DNA of 64,000 nt from an uncultured Gammaproteobacteria bacterium (GTDB lineage: Bacteria > Patescibacteriota > Microgenomatia > Levybacterales > GWA1-39-11): assembly GCA_964651815.1 (NCBI GenBank), contig CAZYWG010000001.1, forward strand, positions 1,189 to 65,188, in the 5' to 3' direction. The notes beneath the pieces are model-generated. The model was not told the DNA's origin, did not search any database, and was given only the letters and a program-made list of their open reading frames with translations. Made by a program: the position numbers and the translations under genes. This document shows positions 32,401 through 41,525 of the stretch, piece after piece. Position 1 is the first letter of the stretch. Each line of letters begins with the position of its first letter.

Positions 32401-32871
32401 ATGCTTTTATCCTTCTTGCTCATTATTGTAACAATGGTACTTCAGTTTTCATCATTCAGACGCGCATTAATAGTTATGTTGGTAATACCACTTTCTATTT
32501 CGGGTGTTTTTATAATTTTTGCGCTCACCGGAACACCACTTTCTTTTCCAGCTCTTATTGGGGTTCTTGCTCTTTTTGGAATAGTTGTAAAAAATTCAAT
32601 ACTTATTGTGGATAAAATTTTGGAGAATCAAAAACACAATATGACCTTTATTGAATCTATAAGTTCGGCTTCAGCTTCTAGACTTGAACCCATTGCCTTG
32701 ACTACTTTTGCGACAATATTGGGACTTACACCAATTACGCTTACCGACCCATTATGGCGAGGTTTAGGAGGCGCAATTATTGCAGGGCTTGTGTTTTCAG
32801 GAGCTATAATGCTCTTCTTTATTCCTGTTGTGTACTTCAGTTGGTTCAATCAAAAACCAACGAGAAAATAA
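29497..32871 (+). CDS. RND family efflux transporter permease (AcrB/MMPL-like)
   Basis: 1124 aa with 12-TM pseudo-symmetric architecture. N-terminal ASLPRELNPTINIPIVLVSTVLPGASPADVESLVT matches AcrB. Confidence 0.85.
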   Translation: MAAQDRTGLFRFLKFDPNLRKSLFAKYLANPRLVILLLFSVILIGAYSYASLPRELNPTINIPIVLVSTVLPGASPADVESLVTVPIEDSINSLEKVKTVSSTSQDNVSIVTVEFQSGTDPDKAKNDVKSAVDGVSTLPTDALAPQVLKLDFQNAPVWTFVLTTSADDGSLFKFAKNLQKKVEDLPEIDKVDIAGLEDTEVQITINPESYAAYNVNPIQLSSIITSSLKSFPAGSVRTENSTFSLTIDPQATTVDDLRNLQIALPGPAAQTVALSDIATIVDRPKPSQGQSFIAYPHGKVGRAVTFAVHKTSATNINTAVTSAKRLVDSEVKNTSGVFRAVTLINTQDEIDKQFRDLTRDFLITVILVVLVLFIFLGPRQALVSSLSAPLSFLITFIVMKQSGITLNFLSLFSLILSLGLLVDDTVVVISAVSAYHKTNRFSPYETGLLVWRDFLTPVFTTTVTTVWAFLPLLLSTGIIGEFIKSIPIVVSTALAGSFIVAMFITLPLTVIFLRPQIPERVTKLIKILAAIILVAILWSVIPKGKLFIVEIIALIVFIFVIYSLRSYRTVIKQRVAEYFVPKNHRQVSFRTKIIRNIFGRDYSEGVISFDKINAAYKQTIEKILSSGHNRRMVITMVIIFSLFSFLLLPLGLVKNEFFPKTDQNIVYLTLELPAGTQIGDTKKEALKVLTDLKNTNGIKFASLDLGQSIGNNGGTQGAGDNNALFSLNLLDAGKRRESTEIADSLRTKFANYQKGRLNVVEESGGPPAGADLQIKLLGDDLSILGKKADEVAAYLEKQPGVTNVDKSVKSGTSKLAFVPDKSLLAQQNIGYDQLGLWLRLYASGFKVASHKFPGDNKDRDVTLRLYPESAFANRLDQVILPLQAGGNIPLSSLGKLNLEENPTIITREDGKRTISVTAAVKRGFNVQDKNKSLESFANTKLALPEGYSWKTGGVNEENANSVQSILSAMLLSFLLIIVTMVLQFSSFRRALIVMLVIPLSISGVFIIFALTGTPLSFPALIGVLALFGIVVKNSILIVDKILENQKHNMTFIESISSASASRLEPIALTTFATILGLTPITLTDPLWRGLGGAIIAGLVFSGAIMLFFIPVVYFSWFNQKPTRK

Positions 32872-32889
32872 ACTTGATATAATCCCCCT

Positions 32890-33291
32890 ATGCCATTAAA
32901 TGAAAGGGTTTCACGAAGAGATTTTTTGTTTAAAAAACCCGCAAAAATAGTTGCTAACAATATAAGAAATGTAGTGCAAGCAGGAGGTATTGCGGGAGAA
33001 GTTGTAGCAATTGCCTCATTTGCGATGTACGGATACAGAAAAGCTCAGAGCGATATCTTAATGCGTGAAATACCAGTTACCGAGCTTACGAATCCTGCCA
33101 GGCCGAACCAAACCATAACTCGTCAAAAACCAAGAAACGAGTACGAACAGCGAGCAGCGATGGTAGCAAGTAATCTTGATGATTCAGCAGACAGATGGAG
33201 TGACGTTGGCTTAATCTCACTAGTTGCTGCTATACCAGAAACATTTTTAAATCTTCAGGAACTTGTAGAAAAGCTTGAAGAAAATCCCTAA
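32890..33291 (+). CDS. Hypothetical protein with Tat-like twin-arginine N-terminus (VSRRDFLFKK)
   Basis: S-R-R-x-F-L-K consensus followed by a moderately hydrophobic stretch. Confidence 0.4.
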   Translation: MPLNERVSRRDFLFKKPAKIVANNIRNVVQAGGIAGEVVAIASFAMYGYRKAQSDILMREIPVTELTNPARPNQTITRQKPRNEYEQRAAMVASNLDDSADRWSDVGLISLVAAIPETFLNLQELVEKLEENP

Positions 33292-33400
33292 TCAAGCGAT
33301 ATCAAGTTCTGCCTTTTTCTGAGCTACTTTATCTAGAAACTTTGGTTCCGAACTATCTTTGGGAGTTGGCTTTGGAAGATCTCCTCCATCGTGCATAAAA

Positions 33401-34021
33401 CTACTTTACTATATATTCTCTCAGGGGGCAATCTGTATGCTTGCAGGAGGCTTTGCAGTAAGTTCTTCCATACCAAATCAAACCTAGGCCGAATTCTCTC
33501 CAATCTTTCTGTGGAACAATTTCCATTAAATCCCGCTCGATTTTAACAGGGTCTGAATTTTTTGTTAAGCCGAAGAGATTCGAAAGACGTCTTACGTGTG
33601 TATCGACAACTACTCCTTCACTTTTTCCAAATGCTTCCTGCAAAATAACATTTGCAGTTTTTCTTCCAATAAAGGGTAGTTCTGTCAACTCTTCCATTGT
33701 CTCGGGCATTTTCCCTTTATATTTTTCTGCAACAATATCCGCTGCTTTTTTGATTGCTTTTGATTTTCCTTTATGAAAGTTGATGCTTTTTATGTCCGAA
33801 TCAAACTCATCAAGGGGAGTTTTTTGATAGTCTTCGAGTTTTTTGTATTTTTTAAATAAATTTTCAGTAACTTTATTAACTCCAACGTCTGTTTGTTGAG
33901 CAGATAATGCAACGGCAACATATAACTCCCAAGGGTTTCCATGATTTAAAGGTGTGTGGGGATTAGGAAATAAATTCTTTAATTCCCGAGAAATTTTTTC
34001 AGCTTTTGCTTTATTATCCAT
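33401..34021 (-). CDS. nth: Endonuclease III (HhH-GPD base-excision DNA glycosylase, 4Fe-4S)
   Basis: HhH ELPFIGRKTANVIL, catalytic Asp region, and the C-terminal Cys cluster CKASCKHTDCPL. Confidence 0.85.
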   Translation of the reverse strand: MDNKAKAEKISRELKNLFPNPHTPLNHGNPWELYVAVALSAQQTDVGVNKVTENLFKKYKKLEDYQKTPLDEFDSDIKSINFHKGKSKAIKKAADIVAEKYKGKMPETMEELTELPFIGRKTANVILQEAFGKSEGVVVDTHVRRLSNLFGLTKNSDPVKIERDLMEIVPQKDWREFGLGLIWYGRTYCKASCKHTDCPLREYIVK

Positions 34022-34026
34022 ATGTT

Positions 34027-34119
34027 AATACTACCGATACTACAAATATTTAAATGGTGTCAAAGCTAAATCATTAAATTATTTGATATTGGTAGTATTG
34101 GTATTGTATTTGTAGTATT
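34027..34119. repeat. Palindromic intergenic element B: AATACTACCGATACTACAAATA ... ATTGGTAGTATTGGTATTGTATTTGTAGTATT
   Basis: Inverted arms built from ATACTAC / GTAGTAT heptamers, 6 nt upstream of the nth start and downstream of yvcK. Paralogous to the element at 22619-22698. Confidence 0.5.
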
Positions 34120-34123
34120 CAAT

Positions 34124-35074
34124 CTACTTCCCTATTATACTTGACAATACTTTTGCCAGTTTTTCTTGGTCATGTCTCAAAAATTGCCCTTTTCTTAAAA
34201 ATTTTCCGGTTATCGTCTTAAAATGGTTGTTAAAATTTTCCGCGTCATATGCAACATAATCAACGTTTTCCTTTTTATATCGCTCGAGGGTTCTCCCCGC
34301 CATTTTTTCAACATTCACAACAACATAATCCAAAATACCAACTCCCAAGTATGATTCTATAGCTCCTACAAAATCCGAGGCTGCAAAGTTATTTGTCTCC
34401 CCAAATTTTGTCATTATATTTGTGATGAAAATAATTTTAGCTCGAGTTTTGGATAGCGCCGGCACAATGCCGTCGACGATAAGGTTGGGCAAAATAGATG
34501 TATACAGATCCCCTGGTCCAAGTATCACAAAATCTGCCTGTTTAATTGCACGGACCGCGTCTTCATTCGCGTCAACTTGGGGTTGAAGATAAATTCTTTT
34601 TATTTTAAGCGTTGGGTCATGTTTTGGGATGTCAATATTGGTCTCTCCCTCAATAACCGTACCGTTTTCAAGTTCTGCATGAAGCTTTGTCTTTTTAAGA
34701 GTTACGGGAATAACTTCCCCTTCTACATTTAGGATATAAACCGCCTCTTTGAGTGCTTCTTTCCAGCTTCCTGTGATTCTTGCGAGTGCAGTCAATAACA
34801 AATTTCCAAGACTATGCCCTTTGAGAGAAGAATTTTCCTCAAAGCGATAATTGAAAAGCTCGGAAACCATTTTGTTGTCGGAATTCGACAACGCAACAAG
34901 CGCACGTCTTACATCACCAGGCGGCAAAATCCCAAATTCTTCGCGTAAGACTCCCGTTGAACCTCCATCATCAGCCATAGATACTATAGCAGCTAGGTCA
35001 TATTCATACTCTTTAAGGCCTGAGAGCACTGTAAAAACGCCAGTCCCACCTCCAATAACTACTACTTTTTTCAC
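34124..35074 (-). CDS. YvcK-like gluconeogenesis factor (UPF0052, CofD-like)
   Basis: KKVVVIGGGTG...AIVSMADDGGSTGVLR signature. Confidence 0.8.
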   Translation of the reverse strand: MKKVVVIGGGTGVFTVLSGLKEYEYDLAAIVSMADDGGSTGVLREEFGILPPGDVRRALVALSNSDNKMVSELFNYRFEENSSLKGHSLGNLLLTALARITGSWKEALKEAVYILNVEGEVIPVTLKKTKLHAELENGTVIEGETNIDIPKHDPTLKIKRIYLQPQVDANEDAVRAIKQADFVILGPGDLYTSILPNLIVDGIVPALSKTRAKIIFITNIMTKFGETNNFAASDFVGAIESYLGVGILDYVVVNVEKMAGRTLERYKKENVDYVAYDAENFNNHFKTITGKFLRKGQFLRHDQEKLAKVLSSIIGK

Positions 35075-35138
35075 AATGGGAGTATTATACCAAATAGGAA
35101 GCTTAGGGACTACCGTCTACTGTCTACGGTCAAGTTTG

Positions 35139-35645
35139 CTATTTGCTTTTTTTGAGGCCTCGGAAAAGTCTTTTTTTAGAATGTCCGTTTTTAGGAGTCT
35201 CACTTTCTTCTTTTGGCTCGCTTTGATTTTTAAAAGTCATATTATGTATAACAGGGTTAGGAACATCCATTACTACTTCACGCAATTCTTCTTCTTTCTC
35301 TTTGATCAACTCTTCTGGAACTACCTCATCTTCTGTGATTTCTGACTCTAAATCTTCTGCAATTTCTTCGTCCGAAACTTTTTCTTCTGGGATACTATCT
35401 GCTTTATCTACTGTGGTTTCGGCTTTGTGATTTGTGTTTTCATCGACCTTTGCCGGGCCCTGGACTTTTTGGGAGGATTGTTTCTTTTGCTCAATAAAGT
35501 CTTCTACCAACTCAAGCCCCAAGTCCAACATATCACGCAAAATTTGTCTTCCTTTTTTAGTTGTAAGCAATGTTGCAGTAAGGGCACCTAGAATGAAGCC
35601 CCAGAGGAATGCAGAACCGCCTTTTCCATGTTTATTCGTCTCCAT
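35139..35645 (-). CDS. YtxH-like membrane protein
   Basis: N-terminal GFILGALTATLLTTKKGRQ YtxH motif, acidic coiled-coil tail. Confidence 0.55.
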   Translation of the reverse strand: METNKHGKGGSAFLWGFILGALTATLLTTKKGRQILRDMLDLGLELVEDFIEQKKQSSQKVQGPAKVDENTNHKAETTVDKADSIPEEKVSDEEIAEDLESEITEDEVVPEELIKEKEEELREVVMDVPNPVIHNMTFKNQSEPKEESETPKNGHSKKRLFRGLKKSK

Positions 35646-35901
35646 CTTTGTCTTTGATGCGTTTTAAAATTTTAGAAATTGTGGAAAGTGACTTTGCAGA
35701 AAGAAACAGGCCTGATAAAAGTGACATTGGCTCAGAAACTGATTCTGTAATTGTTTCTGTATTCTCAAGAACTTTAGTTGCGCGGAAAAGAGTCTTTCGT
35801 AGCTCGCGAAGTATAAAAAATACTTGAATCCCTAATACAAGGAGAAGCATCGACAATAAAATAATGACGACAAGCATGACCGCCTGGACAGGGTCTATCA
35901 T
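35632..35901 (-). CDS. DUF948-like small membrane protein
   Basis: N-terminal TM helix followed by a helical domain. It pairs with YtxH as in Firmicute ytxG/ytxH loci. Confidence 0.5.
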   Translation of the reverse strand: MIDPVQAVMLVVIILLSMLLLVLGIQVFFILRELRKTLFRATKVLENTETITESVSEPMSLLSGLFLSAKSLSTISKILKRIKDKDGDE

Positions 35902-35965
35902 AGTTATAAATTATCACGGTTTGAATTTAAAAGCAAGAATATAAACCTGATCTAACTATAATTGT

Positions 35966-36595
35966 TTACTTCACTTTAACGTCAATTATCTTTTCCGATT
36001 GTTTCCCGAATCTGTTTTTTGCCACTACTTTGATTTTGTTGTCACCGGAAAATAGATATTCTGATTTTCTAAAAGCACCCTGGAGATTTACGTATACTTC
36101 ATCATTATCAACTGTCACTGTTGCGTATGGATCGGTTTTACCACTAACTTCTGCCACGTTTCCGTCAATTGTTTGTCCGTTTTTTGGACTAATAATAGTA
36201 ATGGACGGTGGAAAAAGCAAAGAGCTATATTGTATGAATATATAAACAGCAACTACAAATATTACTATGAAGAGTAATATTCCCCGAGCGCTCAGAAAAA
36301 AATGGCGATTAAATTTGTGCTGAGACCTTCTGAAATCGGGGACTATATGAACTTTTTGTTTTGATTCATACTCGCGGCGGAATAAAGGTACGGAGCTCGC
36401 TGCTGGAATACCAAGAAATTTAGCATAGTTTTTTACAAAACCCTGGGCATAACTTTCGGAAGGTAATTTTTTAAAATCCCCCCGCTCAATTGCCGCAAGA
36501 TATATTTTTTTAATTTTTGTAGCTTCTTCAACATTTTCAAGGCTCAAACCGCGAGACTCCCTAGTCTCTTTTAAAAAATCGCTTATTTTCCTCAT
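35966..36595 (-). CDS. rodZ: RodZ-like cytoskeleton protein (HTH_XRE - TM - C-terminal domain)
   Basis: MRKISDFLKETRESRGLSLENVEEATKIKKIYLAAIERGDF...LP matches the RodZ HTH. Single TM helix. Confidence 0.65.
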   Translation of the reverse strand: MRKISDFLKETRESRGLSLENVEEATKIKKIYLAAIERGDFKKLPSESYAQGFVKNYAKFLGIPAASSVPLFRREYESKQKVHIVPDFRRSQHKFNRHFFLSARGILLFIVIFVVAVYIFIQYSSLLFPPSITIISPKNGQTIDGNVAEVSGKTDPYATVTVDNDEVYVNLQGAFRKSEYLFSGDNKIKVVAKNRFGKQSEKIIDVKVK

Positions 36596-36606
36596 AAAGA
36601 AAACAC

Positions 36607-38754
36607 TTATTGCATTTGGCTTAAGAATTGGTCGGGGTCGCGGATTAAAACATCTCTTGGTTTTGATCCGTCGGCAGGCCCTACAACTCCAGCTTCTTCA
36701 AGTTGTTCAAGAAGCCGAGCGGCACGGTTGAAACCCACGGAAAGCCGGCGCTGCAAAAGTGATGACGAGGCGCGGTCATGAGAACATACTATTCTGACTG
36801 CTTGATCAAAAAGCTCATCGTGACCACCTCCACCACCCATGCCATCTCCGGAAACGTTTCCTCTACCTTTAATATTTACCGCCTGCTCAACCACTTCCGT
36901 TGTATATTGAACCGGAATTCCACGTGATTTTATAAAGTTAACAACTCGTTTTACATCTTGGTCGGAAACAAAAGTCCCTTGTATACGCGTTGGCTTTGCC
37001 TGGTCCGGTGGGACATATAGCATATCTCCGCGTCCCAGTAATTTTTCAGCTCCTGGTTGGTCAAGAATAACTTTACTGTCAATCATTGATGAAACGTTAA
37101 ACGAAATGCGGCAAGGTATATTTGCTTTAATAAGACCTGTCAAAACATCAACCGACGGGCGCTGCGTTGCTAAAACCAAGTGAATTCCTGTTGCACGTGC
37201 CATCTGGGCAAGACGAGCAATTGAATCTTCAACTTCTACACTTGCGATTGCCATAAGATCGGCCAATTCATCTATAAAAATTATGATATATGGAAGCGCT
37301 TGAAAACCAGCAAGTTCGTTATATGAATCTATATTTTTAACGCCCGAATCCTGGAATTGGACATATCTGCGGTCCATTTCTTTCATTGCCCATTTTAGTG
37401 CTGAAACTGCTTTTTCTGGTTCCGCAACGACGGGCGTTAACAAGTGGGGAATATTATTGTAACCCGTTAATTCAACTCTTTTTGGATCAATCATAATCAT
37501 TTTAACTTCTGAAGGGGATGCGCGGAATAAAAGGGAGGTTATGATTGAATTAACAATTACGGATTTTCCGGATCCAGTTGTACCGGCAATAAGTACGTGT
37601 GGCATCCGCGCAAGATCTGCAACTACTGCGTTACCGGAAACATCCAACCCAAGTGGCACAGAAAGTTTGGATTTTGCTTTCTCAAGCTGAGGGGATTCAA
37701 GCATTGTTTTAAGGGATACAATTTCAAGAGAACGGTTTGGAATTTCAATCCCAACAAGATTTCTACCTGGAATAGGCGCTTCAATTCTGATTTGTCCGGT
37801 CGGTGCTTCTGTTGCAAGCGCCAAATTATTTGACAATGAAATTATTTTTGAGAGTTTTGTCCCTAACGCAATTTCCAAAGCATATTGTGTAACAGACGGT
37901 CCAACATTAATTTCTGAAACCCTGGCCTTTACTCCAAAACTTTGCAGAGTCTCTTCAATTGTCTTGGCGATTTTTTTGACGTCTCCTGTATCACGCTTTC
38001 CGGCGTGTATTGCAAGAAGAGAAAGAGGTGGATACTCCCAAACGCCCATTTCAAGAGGTTTATTGAGAATTAATTTATCAGATATTGCACCTTGCCCCCC
38101 TTGCGCAACTGGCATACCATCTTTTGTGGTTAAAGAATTAGGCCTTGGCGGTGGAAGCGGTTTTGCAGGTTCCCCTTTTATTGGATCTTTTAGACCTTTA
38201 ATTGTAATTTGCTGCATGTTTGTGACTGCTGCTTTTTTTGTTTTAAAAAGTGGTGCAAGAGATTTTAAGGACGCGGCAAACACACCTCCCACGCCTGACA
38301 AACCCGCCATAATCTGTGCAATTGAAAGATTAAGAAAAACCATTAAGCCAACAACAGCTGCAGCAACAAATACAAGAAGAGAAAGCCAAGAACCAAAAAC
38401 AGAGTCAGATAAAGAAAACAATTTTGCACCAACAACGCCAGATTGAAATAATCCAAATAACGCAAGGCTTAATAATAGCAATCCAAAAAAAGTGGTAGCT
38501 TTAGAAATTGGCAATTTTATTCCTGTAAGAATTAAACCGAATAAAATGACTATTATAGGAACGAAAAATGAAAGCCAACCAAAGTATCCCGTTAAATAAA
38601 GGTTAATTTTTGTGAGAAAGGAGTTTGCTTGAGTGTATGAGGCGAACATTGCAAAACCAGCAAGAATTGAACCAATGGCAAAAAGCATATAAACCGTATT
38701 TTTCTTAAGCTTTACTGATCTTCTTTTTTTGTATTTTTTCCTTTTCCTTGCCAT
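36607..38754 (-). CDS. ftsK: DNA translocase FtsK/SpoIIIE
   Basis: N-terminal TM helices, motor domain with Walker A GTTGSGKS and VIDELADLM, and a C-terminal gamma (winged-helix) domain. Confidence 0.9.
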   Translation of the reverse strand: MARKRKKYKKRRSVKLKKNTVYMLFAIGSILAGFAMFASYTQANSFLTKINLYLTGYFGWLSFFVPIIVILFGLILTGIKLPISKATTFFGLLLLSLALFGLFQSGVVGAKLFSLSDSVFGSWLSLLVFVAAAVVGLMVFLNLSIAQIMAGLSGVGGVFAASLKSLAPLFKTKKAAVTNMQQITIKGLKDPIKGEPAKPLPPPRPNSLTTKDGMPVAQGGQGAISDKLILNKPLEMGVWEYPPLSLLAIHAGKRDTGDVKKIAKTIEETLQSFGVKARVSEINVGPSVTQYALEIALGTKLSKIISLSNNLALATEAPTGQIRIEAPIPGRNLVGIEIPNRSLEIVSLKTMLESPQLEKAKSKLSVPLGLDVSGNAVVADLARMPHVLIAGTTGSGKSVIVNSIITSLLFRASPSEVKMIMIDPKRVELTGYNNIPHLLTPVVAEPEKAVSALKWAMKEMDRRYVQFQDSGVKNIDSYNELAGFQALPYIIIFIDELADLMAIASVEVEDSIARLAQMARATGIHLVLATQRPSVDVLTGLIKANIPCRISFNVSSMIDSKVILDQPGAEKLLGRGDMLYVPPDQAKPTRIQGTFVSDQDVKRVVNFIKSRGIPVQYTTEVVEQAVNIKGRGNVSGDGMGGGGGHDELFDQAVRIVCSHDRASSSLLQRRLSVGFNRAARLLEQLEEAGVVGPADGSKPRDVLIRDPDQFLSQMQ

Positions 38755-38884
38755 AACAAATTAGTCTATAAAGGATAACATTTTTCAGTATAAATTCAAA
38801 GCTACCAAGTAAAAACTACAGTCAGCATGATAACTATAGGACATTCTGAACTGTTTGTCAATATGGTGAAATTTAACTAAATTT

Positions 38885-39391
38885 TTATGCTTTCAGATAA
38901 TGTTCGAGGTTTTTTAACCTGACACGCACAGCCGAAGGACTAACAAAAAACTTTCTAGCCATGATTTCGACGTCGAAGCTTTTTTCCCACTCCTTTCTAA
39001 ACCACCTAGCAGGCATTAAAATATTTGCTGCAAATACATTTGCCTTGCTTTCTCTTAACTCACCCTCCGGGGTCTGCCTACAAAATCCTGGCTCAGATTT
39101 TAACATGTGGTAAAGCTCATGAAAAACAGTAAACCTTTGAGCACCCAACGGAAGATTTTCATTTATTAATATATGCCAGTTACCACTATTTGGATACACA
39201 AAACCCAATACTTCGTCTTCGAAAAAACTATTAACATCAATGGTCGCTGTTTTAAAAACCTTGGTAATTATTGCAGTTGGAACTGGGGGTTCATAAATTT
39301 TAAACATTTTAAGAACTTCTTCTGCATCTGACTGGACTTCAATGTATTTATTTGGAGTTTTATTCATCACTTTTCTTATATGTTTTTTCAA
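38885..39391 (-). CDS. ImmA/IrrE-family zinc metallopeptidase
   Basis: HEXXH HELYHMLK within a COG2856-type fold. Directly downstream of, and overlapping, the XRE gene. Confidence 0.75.
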   Translation of the reverse strand: MKKHIRKVMNKTPNKYIEVQSDAEEVLKMFKIYEPPVPTAIITKVFKTATIDVNSFFEDEVLGFVYPNSGNWHILINENLPLGAQRFTVFHELYHMLKSEPGFCRQTPEGELRESKANVFAANILMPARWFRKEWEKSFDVEIMARKFFVSPSAVRVRLKNLEHYLKA

Positions 39392-39710
39392 GATATAGCT
39401 TAAAAGATTCTAGTTGTTTTATTGCTTCCTCTGATAATTTCGGGTATTTAGATCGTAGATATACCCCCATTGAAGGCAATCTATCTTCTTTGAGACTCGC
39501 ACCATAACCTGCCGCATGAAATAATGCTTGATGCGACACTCCTAGTGCATTAGAAAGCCGTATTAAAACTATTGCTGATGGTGATTTAATCTTGTCGTCT
39601 TCCAATCTGGAAATATAACTCCTAGCTAATTTTGCATTGAAAGCCAATTCTTCTTGAGTGATCCTTTTTTGGACACGGGCCTGCTTTAAAAAACTTCCAA
39701 GTGATGACAT
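39360..39710 (-). CDS. XRE-family helix-turn-helix transcriptional regulator
   Basis: ITQEELAFNAKLARSYISRLEDDKIKSPSAIVLIRLSNALGVS HTH_XRE domain. Confidence 0.75.
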   Translation of the reverse strand: MSSLGSFLKQARVQKRITQEELAFNAKLARSYISRLEDDKIKSPSAIVLIRLSNALGVSHQALFHAAGYGASLKEDRLPSMGVYLRSKYPKLSEEAIKQLESFKLYLEKTYKKSDE

Positions 39711-39766
39711 ATGTTCTTATTATAACATATTTTGTCCAGATACGAACACCTATTTTACTGGGATTT

Positions 39767-41413
39767 TTATACCTCAAGTACCACGGGGATTACTAACGGC
39801 TGATATCCTTCGTCAAACAAAATTTGCTCTGTCTTTTGCTGAATTGTTTTCCTGTAAAATCCCCAATTAGTAACTTTTTCCTGTTTTTTTGTAAAAACAT
39901 TATTCAAAATTTGGCTAAGATCTTTAACTAAAGACTCTTTGTTGGTTATGTTAACACCTCGCAAAATAACATCAGGGTTTGACAATAATTGACCGTTTGT
40001 TGAAGATACCTCCGTCACAACAATAACAACTCCCTCTTCTGCAATTTGTTGTCTATCCATAATTACATAGCTTTCTATTTGGCCGCCCGTTACCTGGTCC
40101 ACGTAAACATTAGGGAAAGACGCCGCCTTTCCAACTCTGAATCCGTTTTGGGTAAATATAATTTCGCGTGAATTATCAGCAAAAATTACTTTGTCATCTG
40201 TATATCCCATGTTATTTGCAATCTCTCGATACGCAACCATATGCTTATAGGTACCACCAATTGGAAGTACGAATTTAGGATTGGTTAGAGAAATTAAAAG
40301 CTTTAAATCATCTTGAGAGCCGTGACCTGAAACATGGAAATCATCTGTAATTTGCGAATATACAACTCTTGCATCTTTTTTTGAAAGCGTATCAATAAGT
40401 GAATTAATGTTTATCTCATTTCCTGGGATTGGGTCTGCTGAAAATATAATGCTGTCACCGCGGGTTATTCTAATGTCGCGGTCTTGATCTTGTGAAATAC
40501 GGACTAAACCAGATTCAACTTGCGCTTGACTTCCGGCAATCAAAATTAAAACGCTAGAAGGCGCAACTCTCTTAATTTCTTGCGGGCGAATTTCCATTTT
40601 AGGCGGCAAATCCATATATTTTAATTTCCGCCCAATGTCCCGGGACTTTAAAAAACTGCGGCCGATAAAACATACCCTCCTGTTAAACTTTTTGGCAACC
40701 TCAATTGCTTGGTTCATTCGCGATATGTTAGAACTGTAAGTTGTAATAAATATTTTTCCTTTTGCGCGCCGGAATTCCTCTTCAAAACTCTCAGTGATAT
40801 TTATTTCCGACTTTGAATGCCCCGGACGCTCAGCTCCAAGACAATCTGACATTGTGCATAAAATTCCTTCCTCTCCCCATTTTGCAATTTTTCTGATTTC
40901 CGACGGTTTACCATCAACCGGGGTGTAATCAAATTTAAAATCACTGCCATGGTAAAAATTTCCCACAGGCGTCCTGATTAAAAGATTTGCCGCATCAATT
41001 ATTGAGTGGGTGACGCGGGCAAATGAGACTGAGAACTGGCCAAGACGGACAGTGTCATCAAATTTCACGGTTTGGACCATGTTTGTTTCACCAAATTCTT
41101 TCAATTTTTCATTTGAAAGAGCGGCTGTTAGGGTTGACGCATAAATTGGAAATTTAGGCAGAAGCGGGAGGATAAAAGGAAGCGCCCCAATATGGTCTTC
41201 ATGTCCGTGGGTCAAAATCATGCCGACAATTTTTTTATTTGTATTTTTTAAATACGAAATATTGGGGATCATAAGGTCAACCCCAGGCATTGAGTCATCC
41301 ACAAAACCAATCCCACAATCAACGAGTAAAATCTCGTCACCGTAAACGTACGCAGACAAATTTTTAGTAACATCTCCAACGCCACCTAGAGAAATAAATG
41401 AAACACTATCCAT
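39767..41413 (-). CDS. rnj: Ribonuclease J (MBL + beta-CASP)
   Basis: LTHGHEDHIGALP, beta-CASP region and C-terminal domain. 548 aa. Confidence 0.9.
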   Translation of the reverse strand: MDSVSFISLGGVGDVTKNLSAYVYGDEILLVDCGIGFVDDSMPGVDLMIPNISYLKNTNKKIVGMILTHGHEDHIGALPFILPLLPKFPIYASTLTAALSNEKLKEFGETNMVQTVKFDDTVRLGQFSVSFARVTHSIIDAANLLIRTPVGNFYHGSDFKFDYTPVDGKPSEIRKIAKWGEEGILCTMSDCLGAERPGHSKSEINITESFEEEFRRAKGKIFITTYSSNISRMNQAIEVAKKFNRRVCFIGRSFLKSRDIGRKLKYMDLPPKMEIRPQEIKRVAPSSVLILIAGSQAQVESGLVRISQDQDRDIRITRGDSIIFSADPIPGNEININSLIDTLSKKDARVVYSQITDDFHVSGHGSQDDLKLLISLTNPKFVLPIGGTYKHMVAYREIANNMGYTDDKVIFADNSREIIFTQNGFRVGKAASFPNVYVDQVTGGQIESYVIMDRQQIAEEGVVIVVTEVSSTNGQLLSNPDVILRGVNITNKESLVKDLSQILNNVFTKKQEKVTNWGFYRKTIQQKTEQILFDEGYQPLVIPVVLEV

Positions 41414-41525
41414 AATTGTTATTCTAATACATGCAAATGTTTACTCCAAATGCATCCTAATGATATTATTCGGAGTAATTCGGACTAAAAATTAGAATAC
41501 ATTCGTGTGTGGCAGCTTACTACCA

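Noticed and set aside
38885-39710. ImmA/XRE pair as evidence of a prophage or ICE
   Set aside because: There is no integrase, recombinase, terminase, capsid gene, tRNA attachment site or flanking direct repeats in the window. The neighbours are essential genes on the same strand. I keep it as a chromosomal regulatory switch (see findings).
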